Below the pieces are notes generated by a model that saw nothing but the letters and a program-made list of their open reading frames with translations, was not told the origin of the DNA and searched no databases. The translations under genes and the position numbers were made by a program. A stretch of 64,000 nucleotides of DNA, from positions 9,930 through 73,929 of the forward strand of contig JAAZKW010000034.1 in NCBI GenBank assembly GCA_012799635.1. The letters run 5' to 3'. The DNA is from Mollicutes bacterium. Lineage in GTDB: Bacteria; Bacillota_I; Bacilli_A; RF39; UBA660. Shown in pieces: positions 28,519 to 39,408 of this stretch (positions within the stretch are counted from its first letter, which is position 1; each line of letters begins with the position of its first letter).

Positions 28519-30279
28519 TTATGTATCCAAATCATTATATTCTTCGCTGCCACCACCACTAAAATCAATTTTAATAGTAAGGTTGCCACCTGATTTAGGT
28601 ATTTCACTTCCTGCTGCTCTACTTTGAGACAAAATAGCATTATTATTATAATTTGTAGCATTATTATTATTAATCTCTAAGTCATTACCACCATTATCTT
28701 TAAATGTTACCATAACTTTATATTGATTACAAAAATCAAGAATATCAATTACTTTATAAGTTCCATCTGTAAAATCCGGATATACATTAGTAACTGTAGC
28801 TATATACAACGTTATTATGTCTCCTTTAGTTAATAATTCACCCTTTTCAACTGATTGTCTTACAATCTCATTTTCATGATATTCTTTACCAGAATCTTTT
28901 TCTATTTCTTCTTCTTCAACAGTAACACTAATTCCAAATGCTTCAAGCATTCCTTTAACTTCATAAAAGTTTTTACCGGTATAATCCTCTATTTCAATTG
29001 AATTAGTACCTGATGATATATATATTGTTACATCTGCTCCTTTTTTTACTTTACTATTTGCTGATGGAGTAGTTCTTGTTATTGAGCCTTTCTCAATATC
29101 CTCTGAAGGCTCTACAATTCTATCTTTTATTTCAAACCCTTCATCTTGAAGTTTTTTTACAGCTTTCTTTTCACTCATACCTTCAACATCTGGAATATAT
29201 TTATTGTTTGATTTATTAATATATGGAAGAAGTACAACTATAGTTGTAATTAAAACAACAATAGAAGTAAATACAGAAAATAAAATTACTAAAGTTTTAT
29301 TTTGACTTTTTATCGTTCCTTCAGCCATTTTTTTGGCTATCAATTCATCACTTTCAGCTTTTGATAATTTAGTATCTTTTAATGTTTTCATAATTTTACT
29401 ATCATCACGTTCTTTTTCAGGATAAGTATATTCAATCTCCTCTTCATTTTTTCTAGAATCTTCTAGGCATGTTAATAAATCTTCATGCATCTCCCTTGCA
29501 TCAGCATACCTATTTTTAGGGTTCTTTGCAGTTGCTCTTTTAATAATGTTACAAATGCTTTGAGGTATATTTAAAATTTCATCTTTAATCAAAGGCATCG
29601 GTTCTTTTAATTGTTTCAAAGCTATTTCAACAGCATTATCTCCTTTAAAAGGAAGTTTTCCAGTAAGAAGTTCATACATTAAAATACCAAGAGAATAGAT
29701 ATCACTTTGAAGTGTTGCACCTTTTCCAGAAGCTTGTTCTGGAGGAAGATAATGAACTGAACCCATTACTGAATTAGTTTGCGTAAGCTGAGTTGAATTC
29801 ATAGCAACGGATATACCAAAATCCGTAAGTTTTACAATCCCGTTTTCTAAAATCATTATATTTTGGGGTTTAATATCTCTATGAATAATATATGAATCAT
29901 GGGCAACAGAAAGACCTGAGGTAACTTGAAGTAAAATATCTACAACTTCATTTACAGTAAGTTTTCCTCTTCTTTTAAGTAAATTCTTTAGATGTTTACC
30001 TTCAATATATTCCATGACAATATAATAATCACCATGATCTTCTCCAACATCATATACTTCAACAATATTCTTATCATTTAAACTGCTTGCCTGAAGAGCT
30101 TCTCTTTGAAAACGCCTAACAAATTTTTCGTCTAAAGAAAGATCTCCACGTAATATTTTTACAGCTACATTACGTTCTAATATAGTATCTTTAGCTAAAT
30201 AAACATTAGCCATACCACCTTCGCCAATTGTTTTAATTATTTGATATCTATCACTAATTTTCTGCCCCTTAGCAATCAC
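28519..30279 (-). CDS. prkC: Ser/Thr protein kinase with a TM segment and an extracellular PASTA-like region
   Basis: Hanks kinase motifs VAVKIL, HRDIKPQN, DFGIS, SVHYLPPE; a TM helix; a C-terminal extracellular domain. Confidence 0.88.
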   Translation of the reverse strand: MIAKGQKISDRYQIIKTIGEGGMANVYLAKDTILERNVAVKILRGDLSLDEKFVRRFQREALQASSLNDKNIVEVYDVGEDHGDYYIVMEYIEGKHLKNLLKRRGKLTVNEVVDILLQVTSGLSVAHDSYIIHRDIKPQNIMILENGIVKLTDFGISVAMNSTQLTQTNSVMGSVHYLPPEQASGKGATLQSDIYSLGILMYELLTGKLPFKGDNAVEIALKQLKEPMPLIKDEILNIPQSICNIIKRATAKNPKNRYADAREMHEDLLTCLEDSRKNEEEIEYTYPEKERDDSKIMKTLKDTKLSKAESDELIAKKMAEGTIKSQNKTLVILFSVFTSIVVLITTIVVLLPYINKSNNKYIPDVEGMSEKKAVKKLQDEGFEIKDRIVEPSEDIEKGSITRTTPSANSKVKKGADVTIYISSGTNSIEIEDYTGKNFYEVKGMLEAFGISVTVEEEEIEKDSGKEYHENEIVRQSVEKGELLTKGDIITLYIATVTNVYPDFTDGTYKVIDILDFCNQYKVMVTFKDNGGNDLEINNNNATNYNNNAILSQSRAAGSEIPKSGGNLTIKIDFSGGGSEEYNDLDT

Positions 30280-31034
30280 TTCGTATCACCCTTTTCTTCT
30301 TTTTCTAAAAGTGCAATTGATATATTATCATTGCCTCCCCTTATATTACATCTATTAACTAGTTTCTTAACTTTTTCTTCGACATCAATATCTTCTTGTA
30401 ATATTTTTTCAATTAATTCGTTTGAAAGCATTGTTGTAAGTCCATCACTACATAACATTATTCCGCTTATATCTTCATCCATTACGTCAAATATATCAAT
30501 TTCAGCTTTGTCATTCGCGCCCAAAGCCCTCATTAAAACATTTTTCTGAGGATGACTCATAGCTTCTTCTTCAGTCAAATCACCTGCTTGAACTAAAAGA
30601 TTTACAAGAGTATGATCCTTTGTTATTTTATGTAATTTATTATTTTTCATTACATATCCTGATGAATCACCAATATTACCAATTATTAAAAATTCTTTTG
30701 TTAATATTGCCGCTACTAAGGTTGTGCCCATTCCTGATGAATCCTCATGTTCCAAAGTATATTCAATTATTAACTTATTTATCTCATTTACATTATCATT
30801 AAGCCAGTTTATCGCATCAATTTTAGTTCCTATACTTGCACAGGCACTAAAACGTTTCCCTAAGCTAGATATAGCAAGCATCGAAGCAATTTCTCCTTTA
30901 CGATGTCCACCCATGCCGTCTGCTACCATCATCAGATATTCGTTATTTTGGTTTTTAAGGATAGTAACGCTATCTTCATTATGACTTCTAACTTTTCCAG
31001 CATCAGTTAAATAAAATGTTTTCAATTTTATCAC
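30276..31034 (-). CDS. stp: PP2C-family Ser/Thr phosphatase
   Basis: MVADGMGGH...; DGLT...; GGNDNIS; overlaps prkC (ATGA). Confidence 0.88.
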   Translation of the reverse strand: MIKLKTFYLTDAGKVRSHNEDSVTILKNQNNEYLMMVADGMGGHRKGEIASMLAISSLGKRFSACASIGTKIDAINWLNDNVNEINKLIIEYTLEHEDSSGMGTTLVAAILTKEFLIIGNIGDSSGYVMKNNKLHKITKDHTLVNLLVQAGDLTEEEAMSHPQKNVLMRALGANDKAEIDIFDVMDEDISGIMLCSDGLTTMLSNELIEKILQEDIDVEEKVKKLVNRCNIRGGNDNISIALLEKEEKGDTK

Positions 31035-31074
31035 CTGTCTTCTTCTTCATTATATCATTATTTATTCAAATTTA

Positions 31075-32097
31075 CTATATTTCTTTACTTCGAAGTTGCC
31101 CACAAGCTGCCGAAATATTATCGCCGAATTTTCTTCGCATTGTAACATTCAATCCCCTTTTTTTAAGCCTATCAAAAAACAAATCAATTTGTTTTTTATC
31201 ACTAGTATTAATATCATTATTATTAGTTTTGTTATATGAAATTAAATTAATATAAATATTCATATTTTTAAACAGCAAGGCTAATTCATCAGCATATTTC
31301 AGATCATCATTAATATCTTTTAACAAAATATATTCTAAAGAAACCCTTCTTCCTGTAACATTGATATAATCTTTAATTGCTTTATGTAAAGAAATATAAT
31401 CATATACTTTTGATATTGGCATAATCTTATTTCTAACTTCATCATTTGAGGCATGAAGACTAATTGCCAAATTAACTTGTAATCCTAATTTAGAAAACTC
31501 ATATATTTTAGGAACTATTCCACAAGTTGATACTGTTATATGTCTTGCACCAATGTTAAGCATTTTAGGATTATTAATAATTTTTAAAGCTTTTATTAGA
31601 TTATCATAGTTATCAAAGGGTTCACCAATTCCCATAACCACAACACTATTTATTTTTTTATTAACATAATTTGAAACCAGTATTATTTGCTCTATCATTT
31701 CAGATACTTCAAGATTTCTTGTTTTTTTAAGTCTTCCACTTTCACAAAAAGCACATCCCATATTACAACCAACTTGACTAGATATACATATACTTAAGCC
31801 ATAATCATGATACATTAAAACTGTCTCTATAAATTCATTATCATGTAATTCAAATAAAAATTTTTTTACATCTTCATCTTCTTGAACTTTTTTTATTTTA
31901 ATAGATCCAAAAGAAAACTTTTCTTTTAAAAAATTTCGGACTTCACTACTTATATTAGAAAAGTTAAGAGGATCATATACCTTTTTATCATATACCCAGT
32001 CAATTACTTGACTTGCTACAAACTTCTTATATCCACGTTTCTCTAATAAAGCTTCTAAATCTTCTTTTTCATAATTAAATATATTTCCCATAACCAT
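31075..32097 (-). CDS. rlmN: 23S rRNA/tRNA m2A methyltransferase RlmN (radical SAM)
   Basis: CNMGCAFCESG radical-SAM cluster. The N-terminus aligns from MVMGNIFNYEKEDL. The ORF-track extension MCINILLFYLHKKYN is a terminator hairpin plus promoter. Confidence 0.85.
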   Translation of the reverse strand: MVMGNIFNYEKEDLEALLEKRGYKKFVASQVIDWVYDKKVYDPLNFSNISSEVRNFLKEKFSFGSIKIKKVQEDEDVKKFLFELHDNEFIETVLMYHDYGLSICISSQVGCNMGCAFCESGRLKKTRNLEVSEMIEQIILVSNYVNKKINSVVVMGIGEPFDNYDNLIKALKIINNPKMLNIGARHITVSTCGIVPKIYEFSKLGLQVNLAISLHASNDEVRNKIMPISKVYDYISLHKAIKDYINVTGRRVSLEYILLKDINDDLKYADELALLFKNMNIYINLISYNKTNNNDINTSDKKQIDLFFDRLKKRGLNVTMRRKFGDNISAACGQLRSKEI

Positions 32098-32105
32098 ATT
32101 ATACT

Positions 32106-32137
32106 TTTTATGTAAATAAAAAAGCAAGATGTTTATA
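32106..32137 (-). terminator. Terminator of the upstream gene, overlapping the rlmN promoter
   Basis: Minus strand: CAAGAUG-(8 nt)-CAUCUUG followed by CUUUUUUAUUU. Then TTGCTT-N18-TATAAT immediately before the rlmN ATG, so a leaderless or near-leaderless transcript is possible. Confidence 0.55.
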
Positions 32138-32182
32138 CACATCTTGACTATTACTAGGCAGAAAGACTAATTTTTACAAATA

Positions 32183-32923
32183 TTATCTGTTTTTCTTTAC
32201 AAATTCTCTTAGTCCTTTTAATCCTGCGCTATCTTTATATTTTTCATATATATCATTGTTAAGCCATAATAACCTAAAATTATAAAATTTATCTTTAAAG
32301 CTTTTGGGTTTTTTTAATTTAATATCAATATCTGAATATGATTCTTGAATAACTTCTTTATCACTTCTAAATCTAACTAAATATGAAGCTAAAGTAAGTA
32401 TTTCAAATATATATAATGGCATAAATATTGTTCCAAGTAGTTTAACTTGATCTAAAGAAGTAACATAATTTATAAAATTAGCATTTAAAAAGGTAATCTT
32501 TTTAATATCAATAACTAAATATATTAAAATAACAGTCATTGAAATTACTATTGTTTTAAATTTACCAGTTTTAGAACTTTTAACATTAGCATTTTTAGAA
32601 TATCTTATTGTTTGAATAATAAAAATAGCTAGTTCACACAATATTGGAAAAACAGCATATTTAGTCATTGTTACAAGTAAAATTAGGTTAGCTACTGTAA
32701 ATAACTTATCAGCAGTTCCATCAAATACACTTCCAAAAAAAGTAGATACTTTAGCTTTTCTTGCAATAATACCATCTAAAAAATCCGTAAAATAACAAAT
32801 CATTGAAAGACTAGCTGCTGCTAATGCTCCTTTTTTTAAATATAGGGGAACTAAAAAAATTGCTCCTATTATTCTAAGTGCTGTAAGTAAATTTACAAAT
32901 AATGCTACCGATAGTTTAATCAT
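32183..32923 (-). CDS. CDP-alcohol phosphatidyltransferase family membrane protein
   Basis: DFLDGIIARK...G..FDGTADK matches D(x)2DG(x)2AR...G(x)3D(x)3D. Confidence 0.6.
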   Translation of the reverse strand: MIKLSVALFVNLLTALRIIGAIFLVPLYLKKGALAAASLSMICYFTDFLDGIIARKAKVSTFFGSVFDGTADKLFTVANLILLVTMTKYAVFPILCELAIFIIQTIRYSKNANVKSSKTGKFKTIVISMTVILIYLVIDIKKITFLNANFINYVTSLDQVKLLGTIFMPLYIFEILTLASYLVRFRSDKEVIQESYSDIDIKLKKPKSFKDKFYNFRLLWLNNDIYEKYKDSAGLKGLREFVKKNR

Positions 32924-32931
32924 ATTACCTC

Positions 32932-33477
32932 TTATAAATTAAATTTTAGTTTATACTTAATGTTATCTTTATCTAAATTAATTATAATTATATCATTTTC
33001 AATTGATATATCACCAGTAAAATAATTACTGTCAAAATAAACAATTCCATCACGAGCATAAACCTTTTTAATATTATTTAATATATAATCTAAATAAAAT
33101 TCTTTTTCCATAATATTATTATCTAACATTGATAAAGATTGTTCTTCTTCAACAAGATATTCATTTTTACCTTCGATCAAATATTTTTTATCATCAATTA
33201 TTACTTCACATGTATCATTACAAGTACCATAATATAGTTTAACACCATCTTTATAAAATTCAAAATCATATTTTTTTATAGCTAACTTTTCTACAATTTT
33301 TTCATATTCTTTATAGTGTTTTAACTCTATTTTACGATCGTTCGTAAGTTTTAATAAATATAAATAACATATTAATATGAAAGCCATCCATAATAATAGC
33401 TGAATAATTTGTTTCTTCTTTTTTTCATCTAATTTATTTTTATTCGACATTAATATCACCTTTATTTCTAAAGCCAT
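32932..33477 (-). CDS. Hypothetical membrane-anchored protein
   Basis: Single TM helix; no recognised motif. Confidence 0.3.
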   Translation of the reverse strand: MALEIKVILMSNKNKLDEKKKKQIIQLLLWMAFILICYLYLLKLTNDRKIELKHYKEYEKIVEKLAIKKYDFEFYKDGVKLYYGTCNDTCEVIIDDKKYLIEGKNEYLVEEEQSLSMLDNNIMEKEFYLDYILNNIKKVYARDGIVYFDSNYFTGDISIENDIIIINLDKDNIKYKLKFNL

Positions 33478-34369
33478 TTAGAAAAGATTTAATATCCATT
33501 TCTTTTTTTCCTAAAACCTTTAATCTTTCTATTCTAATGCTTCCATCATTACATCCAATATACATATTATTTTTATCAATCAATACTTCTTTTATCTTCA
33601 AAGATATGTTTTTTATAAAACTAGCTTTAGTGATTTTTGTTTCTAAACCATTTAAAATTATATATGCTCCAGGCCAAGGGGTAAAAGCTCTTATTTTATT
33701 AATAATATCTTTACCATTATTATTAAAAGCTATTTTTTCATCTTCTCTTTTTATTAATCTTGTATAACTAGCTTTTCTTTCATCTTGTTTTATTCTACTA
33801 TTTTGGTTCTTTATAATTAATGGTAATGTTTCAGCAAGTAATTTTTGACCTAATATAGATAGTTTATCATGAAGCATCTTTACATTATCAGAATCTTTAA
33901 TATCAATAGATTCCATTGCTATTATATCCCCAGTATCCATACTTTTATCCATATACATAATTGTAACTCCAGTAGTTTTATCCCCATTAAGAAGAGCCCA
34001 CTGAATAGGAGATGCTCCTCGATACTTTGGTAATAATGAAGCATGAACATTAATACAACCTAATCTAGGTATGTTAAGTATTTCTTCGGGTAATATTTGT
34101 CCATAAGCACAAGTTATAATAATATCAGGATTTATTTCACTTATTATTTCATAATCTTCTTTTATTTTATTAGGTTGAAAGACAGCTATATTTTTTTGGA
34201 TAGCTAATTTTTTTGTAGGTGAAAAAGATAATTCATTATTTTTGCCTTTCTTTTTATCTGGCTGAGTAACTACTAAAACAACATTGGTATTTTCTATTAA
34301 ATAAGAAAGGATTGGTAAAGAAAAATCAGGTGTTCCCATGAATATAACTTTTAAATCTTCCATTAACAC
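33440..34369 (-). CDS. fmt: Methionyl-tRNA formyltransferase
   Basis: FMGTPDFS..., HASLLPKYRGASPIQ. Confidence 0.9.
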   Translation of the reverse strand: MLMEDLKVIFMGTPDFSLPILSYLIENTNVVLVVTQPDKKKGKNNELSFSPTKKLAIQKNIAVFQPNKIKEDYEIISEINPDIIITCAYGQILPEEILNIPRLGCINVHASLLPKYRGASPIQWALLNGDKTTGVTIMYMDKSMDTGDIIAMESIDIKDSDNVKMLHDKLSILGQKLLAETLPLIIKNQNSRIKQDERKASYTRLIKREDEKIAFNNNGKDIINKIRAFTPWPGAYIILNGLETKITKASFIKNISLKIKEVLIDKNNMYIGCNDGSIRIERLKVLGKKEMDIKSFLNGFRNKGDINVE

Positions 34370-34442
34370 TCTCCCTATATAATTGTATCAAAGTTCTTTT
34401 AAAAAGTCTTTAAAAACCTATTAAATAATCAAAAATGCAAGA

Positions 34443-34970
34443 TTATACTCGCATTAATTCTTCTTCTTTAAGTTTTATTTCTTCATCAATTTCTTTATTA
34501 TATTTATTTATTGTATCTTGAAGATTATCTAAATAACGTTTTTCTTCATCTTCAGGATATTTAGCTTTAGTTATTGTATCTTTTTCATCTTGCCTAATAT
34601 TTCTTAAAGCAACCTTTCCTTCTTCACCAATAGCTTTGGCCATCTTAACATATTCTCTTCTTCTTTCTTCATTAAGCTCAGGAATTGCTAAAATAACCAT
34701 TTCACCATTATTTGTAGGATTAATACCAATATTTGCTTCAGCAATAGCTTTTTCTATTTCTTTAACAATGCTTTTATCAAACGGTTTAATTAATAATTCT
34801 CTTGCTTCGGGGATTGTAATATTTGCAATACTATGAATAGAAGTTGGTACACCATAGTAATCAACCATAATACCATTAAGCATTGCCGGATTAGCTCTCC
34901 CCGCTCTAATTGTATTTAGCCTTTCCTTAACATTTTCAACCGCCGCTTTCATCTTCGTATCAAAATCCAT
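34443..34970 (-). CDS. frr: Ribosome recycling factor
   Basis: 175 aa; MKAAVENVKERLNTIRAGRANPAML.... Confidence 0.9.
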   Translation of the reverse strand: MDFDTKMKAAVENVKERLNTIRAGRANPAMLNGIMVDYYGVPTSIHSIANITIPEARELLIKPFDKSIVKEIEKAIAEANIGINPTNNGEMVILAIPELNEERRREYVKMAKAIGEEGKVALRNIRQDEKDTITKAKYPEDEEKRYLDNLQDTINKYNKEIDEEIKLKEEELMRV

Positions 34971-34981
34971 ATATTCATCTC

Positions 34982-35710
34982 CTAACTTAAAACTACATCT
35001 TCATTATAATCATTCTGATCATTTTTTACAAGAACTCTTACATTAAGTTTACCTATTTTATTAATATATAAAGGATATTCCTTTAATAGATTCATTGTTT
35101 GATTTACATCTATTTTTATATCTGTTCTTAAAAGGGCAAGACCTTCAATATACTTTTTGGTATTATTAACCATCTTAGTTTCATCAATTTGAAATAGGCC
35201 TAATAAATCATTATTGTTTATAATAAAACCATTATTTTTATTAAAATTATATGTTTTACTATTTATTGGTATTACAAGACTTTCTTTATCATATTTATAA
35301 TAACTAACTACCAAAGATAAATAGTTATCATATTCATATATTTCATAAGTTTTGTATTCAGCATACGATATACCACCAAGTTCATTACCCTGTTTTTTAA
35401 CCGTTTCTTTCAAGTTTATTGTCTCATCATTAAGTGTATTTGCAAGATTACTATCTTCTTTAAAATTAAATACAATATCTTTATATCCTATATCAAGATT
35501 GTCACCAATTAGCGTTTCATTAGTAAAATATATAAAATCTTTCGTTTTATCTATTCTTATATCCGTAACTTCTTCTTTTTGAACCATTTTTTGAGGACTA
35601 TCCTTCTCATTTTTTTCTTTGATACTAATTTGAGTTAATATAAATCCTCCAATGATAATAACCACAAAAATAATAAAAACAAAAATTATTTTATATTTAT
35701 TATTCTCCAT
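34982..35710 (-). CDS. Hypothetical membrane-anchored protein
   Basis: N-terminal TM; no motif. Confidence 0.3.
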   Translation of the reverse strand: MENNKYKIIFVFIIFVVIIIGGFILTQISIKEKNEKDSPQKMVQKEEVTDIRIDKTKDFIYFTNETLIGDNLDIGYKDIVFNFKEDSNLANTLNDETINLKETVKKQGNELGGISYAEYKTYEIYEYDNYLSLVVSYYKYDKESLVIPINSKTYNFNKNNGFIINNNDLLGLFQIDETKMVNNTKKYIEGLALLRTDIKIDVNQTMNLLKEYPLYINKIGKLNVRVLVKNDQNDYNEDVVLS

Positions 35711-36374
35711 CTTTTTCTCCTACATAATAATTAAAAACATCTGTTAGCTCATTTATAGCAAGATTTTTATGATATTCATTCCAATATTCTTCTGCGGTAA
35801 TCATTCCTTTAGATAACGCTGTATCATCATTAAAATAATATATTAAACCATCTTTTTTAACAAGAATTGTTGGAGCATATAAATTAGCTCTACCATCATC
35901 TAAATAAGTAATATAATCTTCTAGATATTTAACAATACTTTGATAGCTTCCATTTCGATCTTCACGATCAGCAGTAATATCAAAATAATATATCTTATCG
36001 ATACCAACTTTACTTGCTACATCACTAACTATCTTAACATAACTAGATACCCATTTACTATTTTTAAGACCAAAAATAATTATTGCATTATCTTCTTGAA
36101 CATGTTTATAAGCATCTGAAGCTGTTACATATACAAACACATTGTCTTTTCCAACATTAAATTCTTTATCAAATCGCACGGAATCTTTTAATACTTTTTT
36201 ACTATAATTTCTAGTTCCAACAAAAACAAAACAACCAAGTAATATAAAAAATAGGATTATTTGGATTATCATTGTCTTCTTATCTTTAAAAAACTTCTTT
36301 TTCTTCAATTCAACCACCATATAAATATTATCATAATATATATTATTTTTAAAGAATAAAAAATAATTTTGCAT
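35700..36374 (-). CDS. Hypothetical membrane-anchored protein
   Basis: TM helix, then a soluble domain. Confidence 0.3.
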   Translation of the reverse strand: MQNYFLFFKNNIYYDNIYMVVELKKKKFFKDKKTMIIQIILFFILLGCFVFVGTRNYSKKVLKDSVRFDKEFNVGKDNVFVYVTASDAYKHVQEDNAIIIFGLKNSKWVSSYVKIVSDVASKVGIDKIYYFDITADREDRNGSYQSIVKYLEDYITYLDDGRANLYAPTILVKKDGLIYYFNDDTALSKGMITAEEYWNEYHKNLAINELTDVFNYYVGEKDGE

Positions 36375-36420
36375 TAATACAAAATTATTTAATAGTTTTA
36401 ATTACATTATATTCAAATTC

Positions 36421-37848
36421 TTAATTAACACTCTTAATATAAAACTCATATCCAAAGGTGCCTTCAACTACTTCAAAAGTAATATTATATTCAGTTCCTG
36501 CAACTAGATTTAATGGTGTATTATCAAAATCTTTATATTGCATTTCATACTTAGTATTATTAGCATCAGTTAATATATAATCTACATAATCATATTTTCT
36601 ATCATCTTCTTCTCCAGAACCAGATGTGCCTATCTCGGTTAAAGTAAATGTCTCAGTATGTGTTCCTATTAAGTAAAGACCTAGCTTTGTTCTTAAATCC
36701 GCTTCAGTTTGAATATCAACAATTTCCTTCATATCTGATTTCGTAAATATTTTATAATCAACAATTGTTTTTTCATCACCCTTTTTAGTATAGTATATAT
36801 CTACTTTAACATATTCACTATAATCATCTAGTGATACAAACAATTCAATATTATTGGCTTTTAATGTATAATCTTCTGTATTTTCTTTACTTTCAATTGT
36901 AACAGTACATGACGTTCCAAAACAAAAATGCCCAGTAACAATTACATCCTCTAATAAGGTTCCTTTTTTTGAAGTACTATAATTACCAGTATTATCACTA
37001 ATTGCTGAAGTTGAATTATTAGAATTGAAAAAATTTTCTATATTTGATTTCACAATATAAAACAATAAGGATATATTAATAAGAAGACAAATAACAATTA
37101 AGACGAAAACATTTGCAACATTAGTTCCACCTTTTTTTGCACAAAGCACTTTTAATCCATTTAAATCTGTTTGAGGATTCTTTTGTTTGATTTTAGCAAT
37201 TTTTCTTTTAGCAAAATCTAAATAATATTTATTAGTTAAAGAGCCACTTAATATCATTAAAATAAGAATAAAAGAAAGCGAAACTATAAGTGAAAGTGTT
37301 GAATTTAATTTTGATGTAACAAGCATTACTAATGTCCCCAAACTACATACAATCACACTAAGTAATACCATTTTTCTATATATAAAATAAGAAGAAGCCC
37401 AACATAAAGCTGCAAAATTAAATTTCCTTGTTGTTATTTTATCGTAGTTTTTTCCAATAAAAGCTTTTAATAACTCTTCATCATCACCCAAAACAGGAGC
37501 AACTGTTGGTTGACTTGGCACCACATTAGGTTGTTCTGCCTCGTTTACTTCGTTATGTAATATAGGGCTTACTGGTTGCGCAATAGTCGGTGTAACAGGT
37601 ATATTCTCTTGTTGTGCCATATTATCTATAGATGGCGTTTCGTTAATAATTGGTGATAAAGCAGGTTCATTTGCTCCTACTGCCTCACTATTTATACTAG
37701 GTTGCTGAGGTATTGGATTTATATTGCTATCCATCGCTGGTGAATCTAAGTTTGGAGTGATATTGATATTAACATTATCTTCTCCATTAAAATTATCGTT
37801 ATTCATAATTGCCTCCTTGATTATAACTATAATATTTATAAGGTACAT
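36421..37848 (-). CDS. Membrane protein with a P/Q/S-rich low-complexity N-terminus and a DUF2628-like TM region
   Basis: FNFAALCWASSYFIYRKM resembles the DUF2628 motif. Multiple TM helices. Confidence 0.4.
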   Translation of the reverse strand: MYLINIIVIIKEAIMNNDNFNGEDNVNINITPNLDSPAMDSNINPIPQQPSINSEAVGANEPALSPIINETPSIDNMAQQENIPVTPTIAQPVSPILHNEVNEAEQPNVVPSQPTVAPVLGDDEELLKAFIGKNYDKITTRKFNFAALCWASSYFIYRKMVLLSVIVCSLGTLVMLVTSKLNSTLSLIVSLSFILILMILSGSLTNKYYLDFAKRKIAKIKQKNPQTDLNGLKVLCAKKGGTNVANVFVLIVICLLINISLLFYIVKSNIENFFNSNNSTSAISDNTGNYSTSKKGTLLEDVIVTGHFCFGTSCTVTIESKENTEDYTLKANNIELFVSLDDYSEYVKVDIYYTKKGDEKTIVDYKIFTKSDMKEIVDIQTEADLRTKLGLYLIGTHTETFTLTEIGTSGSGEEDDRKYDYVDYILTDANNTKYEMQYKDFDNTPLNLVAGTEYNITFEVVEGTFGYEFYIKSVN

Positions 37849-38043
37849 AAAATAAGCTATAAAAGAATAAAATTTATTCTTATTAGATCACTTTAGTCAC
37901 CTCTTATCTTCATAAATATACCATAATACTTTTTATAATTCAATAACTAAGTTTACCTTGTTATTTGATAAAAATACGAATATTGATATAATTGAATATA
38001 TCGATTTATTTTTGTATAATATTAGTTAGCTGGAGATGATGAT

Positions 38044-39408
38044 ATGTTTAAAAATAAAAAAATTCACTTTATTGGTATTGGTGGATCATCAATGAGTGGG
38101 ATTGCCGATATAATGCATAATAAAAACGCTATTGTAACGGGTTATGACTTAGTAGAAAGTAAAATAACAAAAAGATTAGTTAAAGAAGGAATTGATGTAT
38201 ATCATAAGCCTAATTTATCATATATAGATAATGCTGATATTATTGTTTATTCCGCTGCTATTAATGATAATTTTGAAGAATTAAAATATGCTCGGAAACT
38301 AAATAAAAAAATTTATGAAAGATCTGAATTTCTTGGAATATTAATGCAAGAATATGAAAATGTTTTATGTATCAGTGGAACGCATGGTAAAAGCACAACT
38401 ACTAGTATGATAGCAACTATTTTCTTAAAAGCTAATTTAAATCCTACTATATCTATTGGGGCTATGCTTCCTTTAATAAATGGCAATTATCATATTGGTA
38501 ATAATAAACATTTTATTGTAGAAGCTTGTGAATATGTAGATAGTTTTCTTGATTTTAAACCTACAAGTGCAATAATTTTGAATATTCAGACTGATCACAT
38601 AGACTATTTTAAAAATCTAGACAATATTATTAAATCTTTTAATAAGTTTGTAAAACTCCTTCCTAAAAATGGTTATTTAATTGTAAATAATGATGATAAA
38701 AATACTTTGAAAGCTGTTTGTAATCATGAAAAAACAACATATGGTATTAATAACGATTCTAATTACATGGCTAAAAATATTAAATTTGATAAATTGGGAT
38801 ATCCATCATATGATTTGTATATAGATAATATAAATATTAATAGAGTCAATCTTAATGTATTAGGTAAACATAATATTTATAACTCTCTTGCCGCTATTGC
38901 TCTTTCACATAAATATATTAATGATATATCATTAATTGTATCAGCATTGAAATTTTATAAAGGCATTGAAAGAAGATTTGAATACTTGGGTAAATTTAAA
39001 TCAGCTAATGTTTTTGATGACTATGCCCATCATCCAAATGAAGTAGAAAGTATTTTAGATCTAATTAAAAAAACGAAACATAACAGAAGTATTGCTGTTT
39101 TTCAACCTCATACATATTCTAGAACTAATGCCTTCTTAAAAGATTTTGCTAATATATTAAAAGATTTTGATTGTATTATAATTGCACCTATATATGCTGC
39201 TAGAGAGGAAAACATTTATAACATTAAAGAAGATGATTTATTAAAACTAATTAAAGAAGAAAATGAAAATGTTGTTTTTATTGATTCGTTTGAAAAGATT
39301 ATAAACTTTTTAGATAAAAAGGTTCAAAAGGATGATATAATTGTAACAATGGGAGCTGGTGATATAACACTACTAGCCCACATGTTAGTAGGTGATAATA
39401 ATGGATGA
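38044..39408 (+). CDS. murC: UDP-N-acetylmuramate--L-alanine ligase
   Basis: IHFIGIGGSSMSGIA, GTHGKSTTTSMIA; an extended -10 TGTATAAT and GGAG RBS lie upstream. Confidence 0.9.
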   Translation: MFKNKKIHFIGIGGSSMSGIADIMHNKNAIVTGYDLVESKITKRLVKEGIDVYHKPNLSYIDNADIIVYSAAINDNFEELKYARKLNKKIYERSEFLGILMQEYENVLCISGTHGKSTTTSMIATIFLKANLNPTISIGAMLPLINGNYHIGNNKHFIVEACEYVDSFLDFKPTSAIILNIQTDHIDYFKNLDNIIKSFNKFVKLLPKNGYLIVNNDDKNTLKAVCNHEKTTYGINNDSNYMAKNIKFDKLGYPSYDLYIDNININRVNLNVLGKHNIYNSLAAIALSHKYINDISLIVSALKFYKGIERRFEYLGKFKSANVFDDYAHHPNEVESILDLIKKTKHNRSIAVFQPHTYSRTNAFLKDFANILKDFDCIIIAPIYAAREENIYNIKEDDLLKLIKEENENVVFIDSFEKIINFLDKKVQKDDIIVTMGAGDITLLAHMLVGDNNG

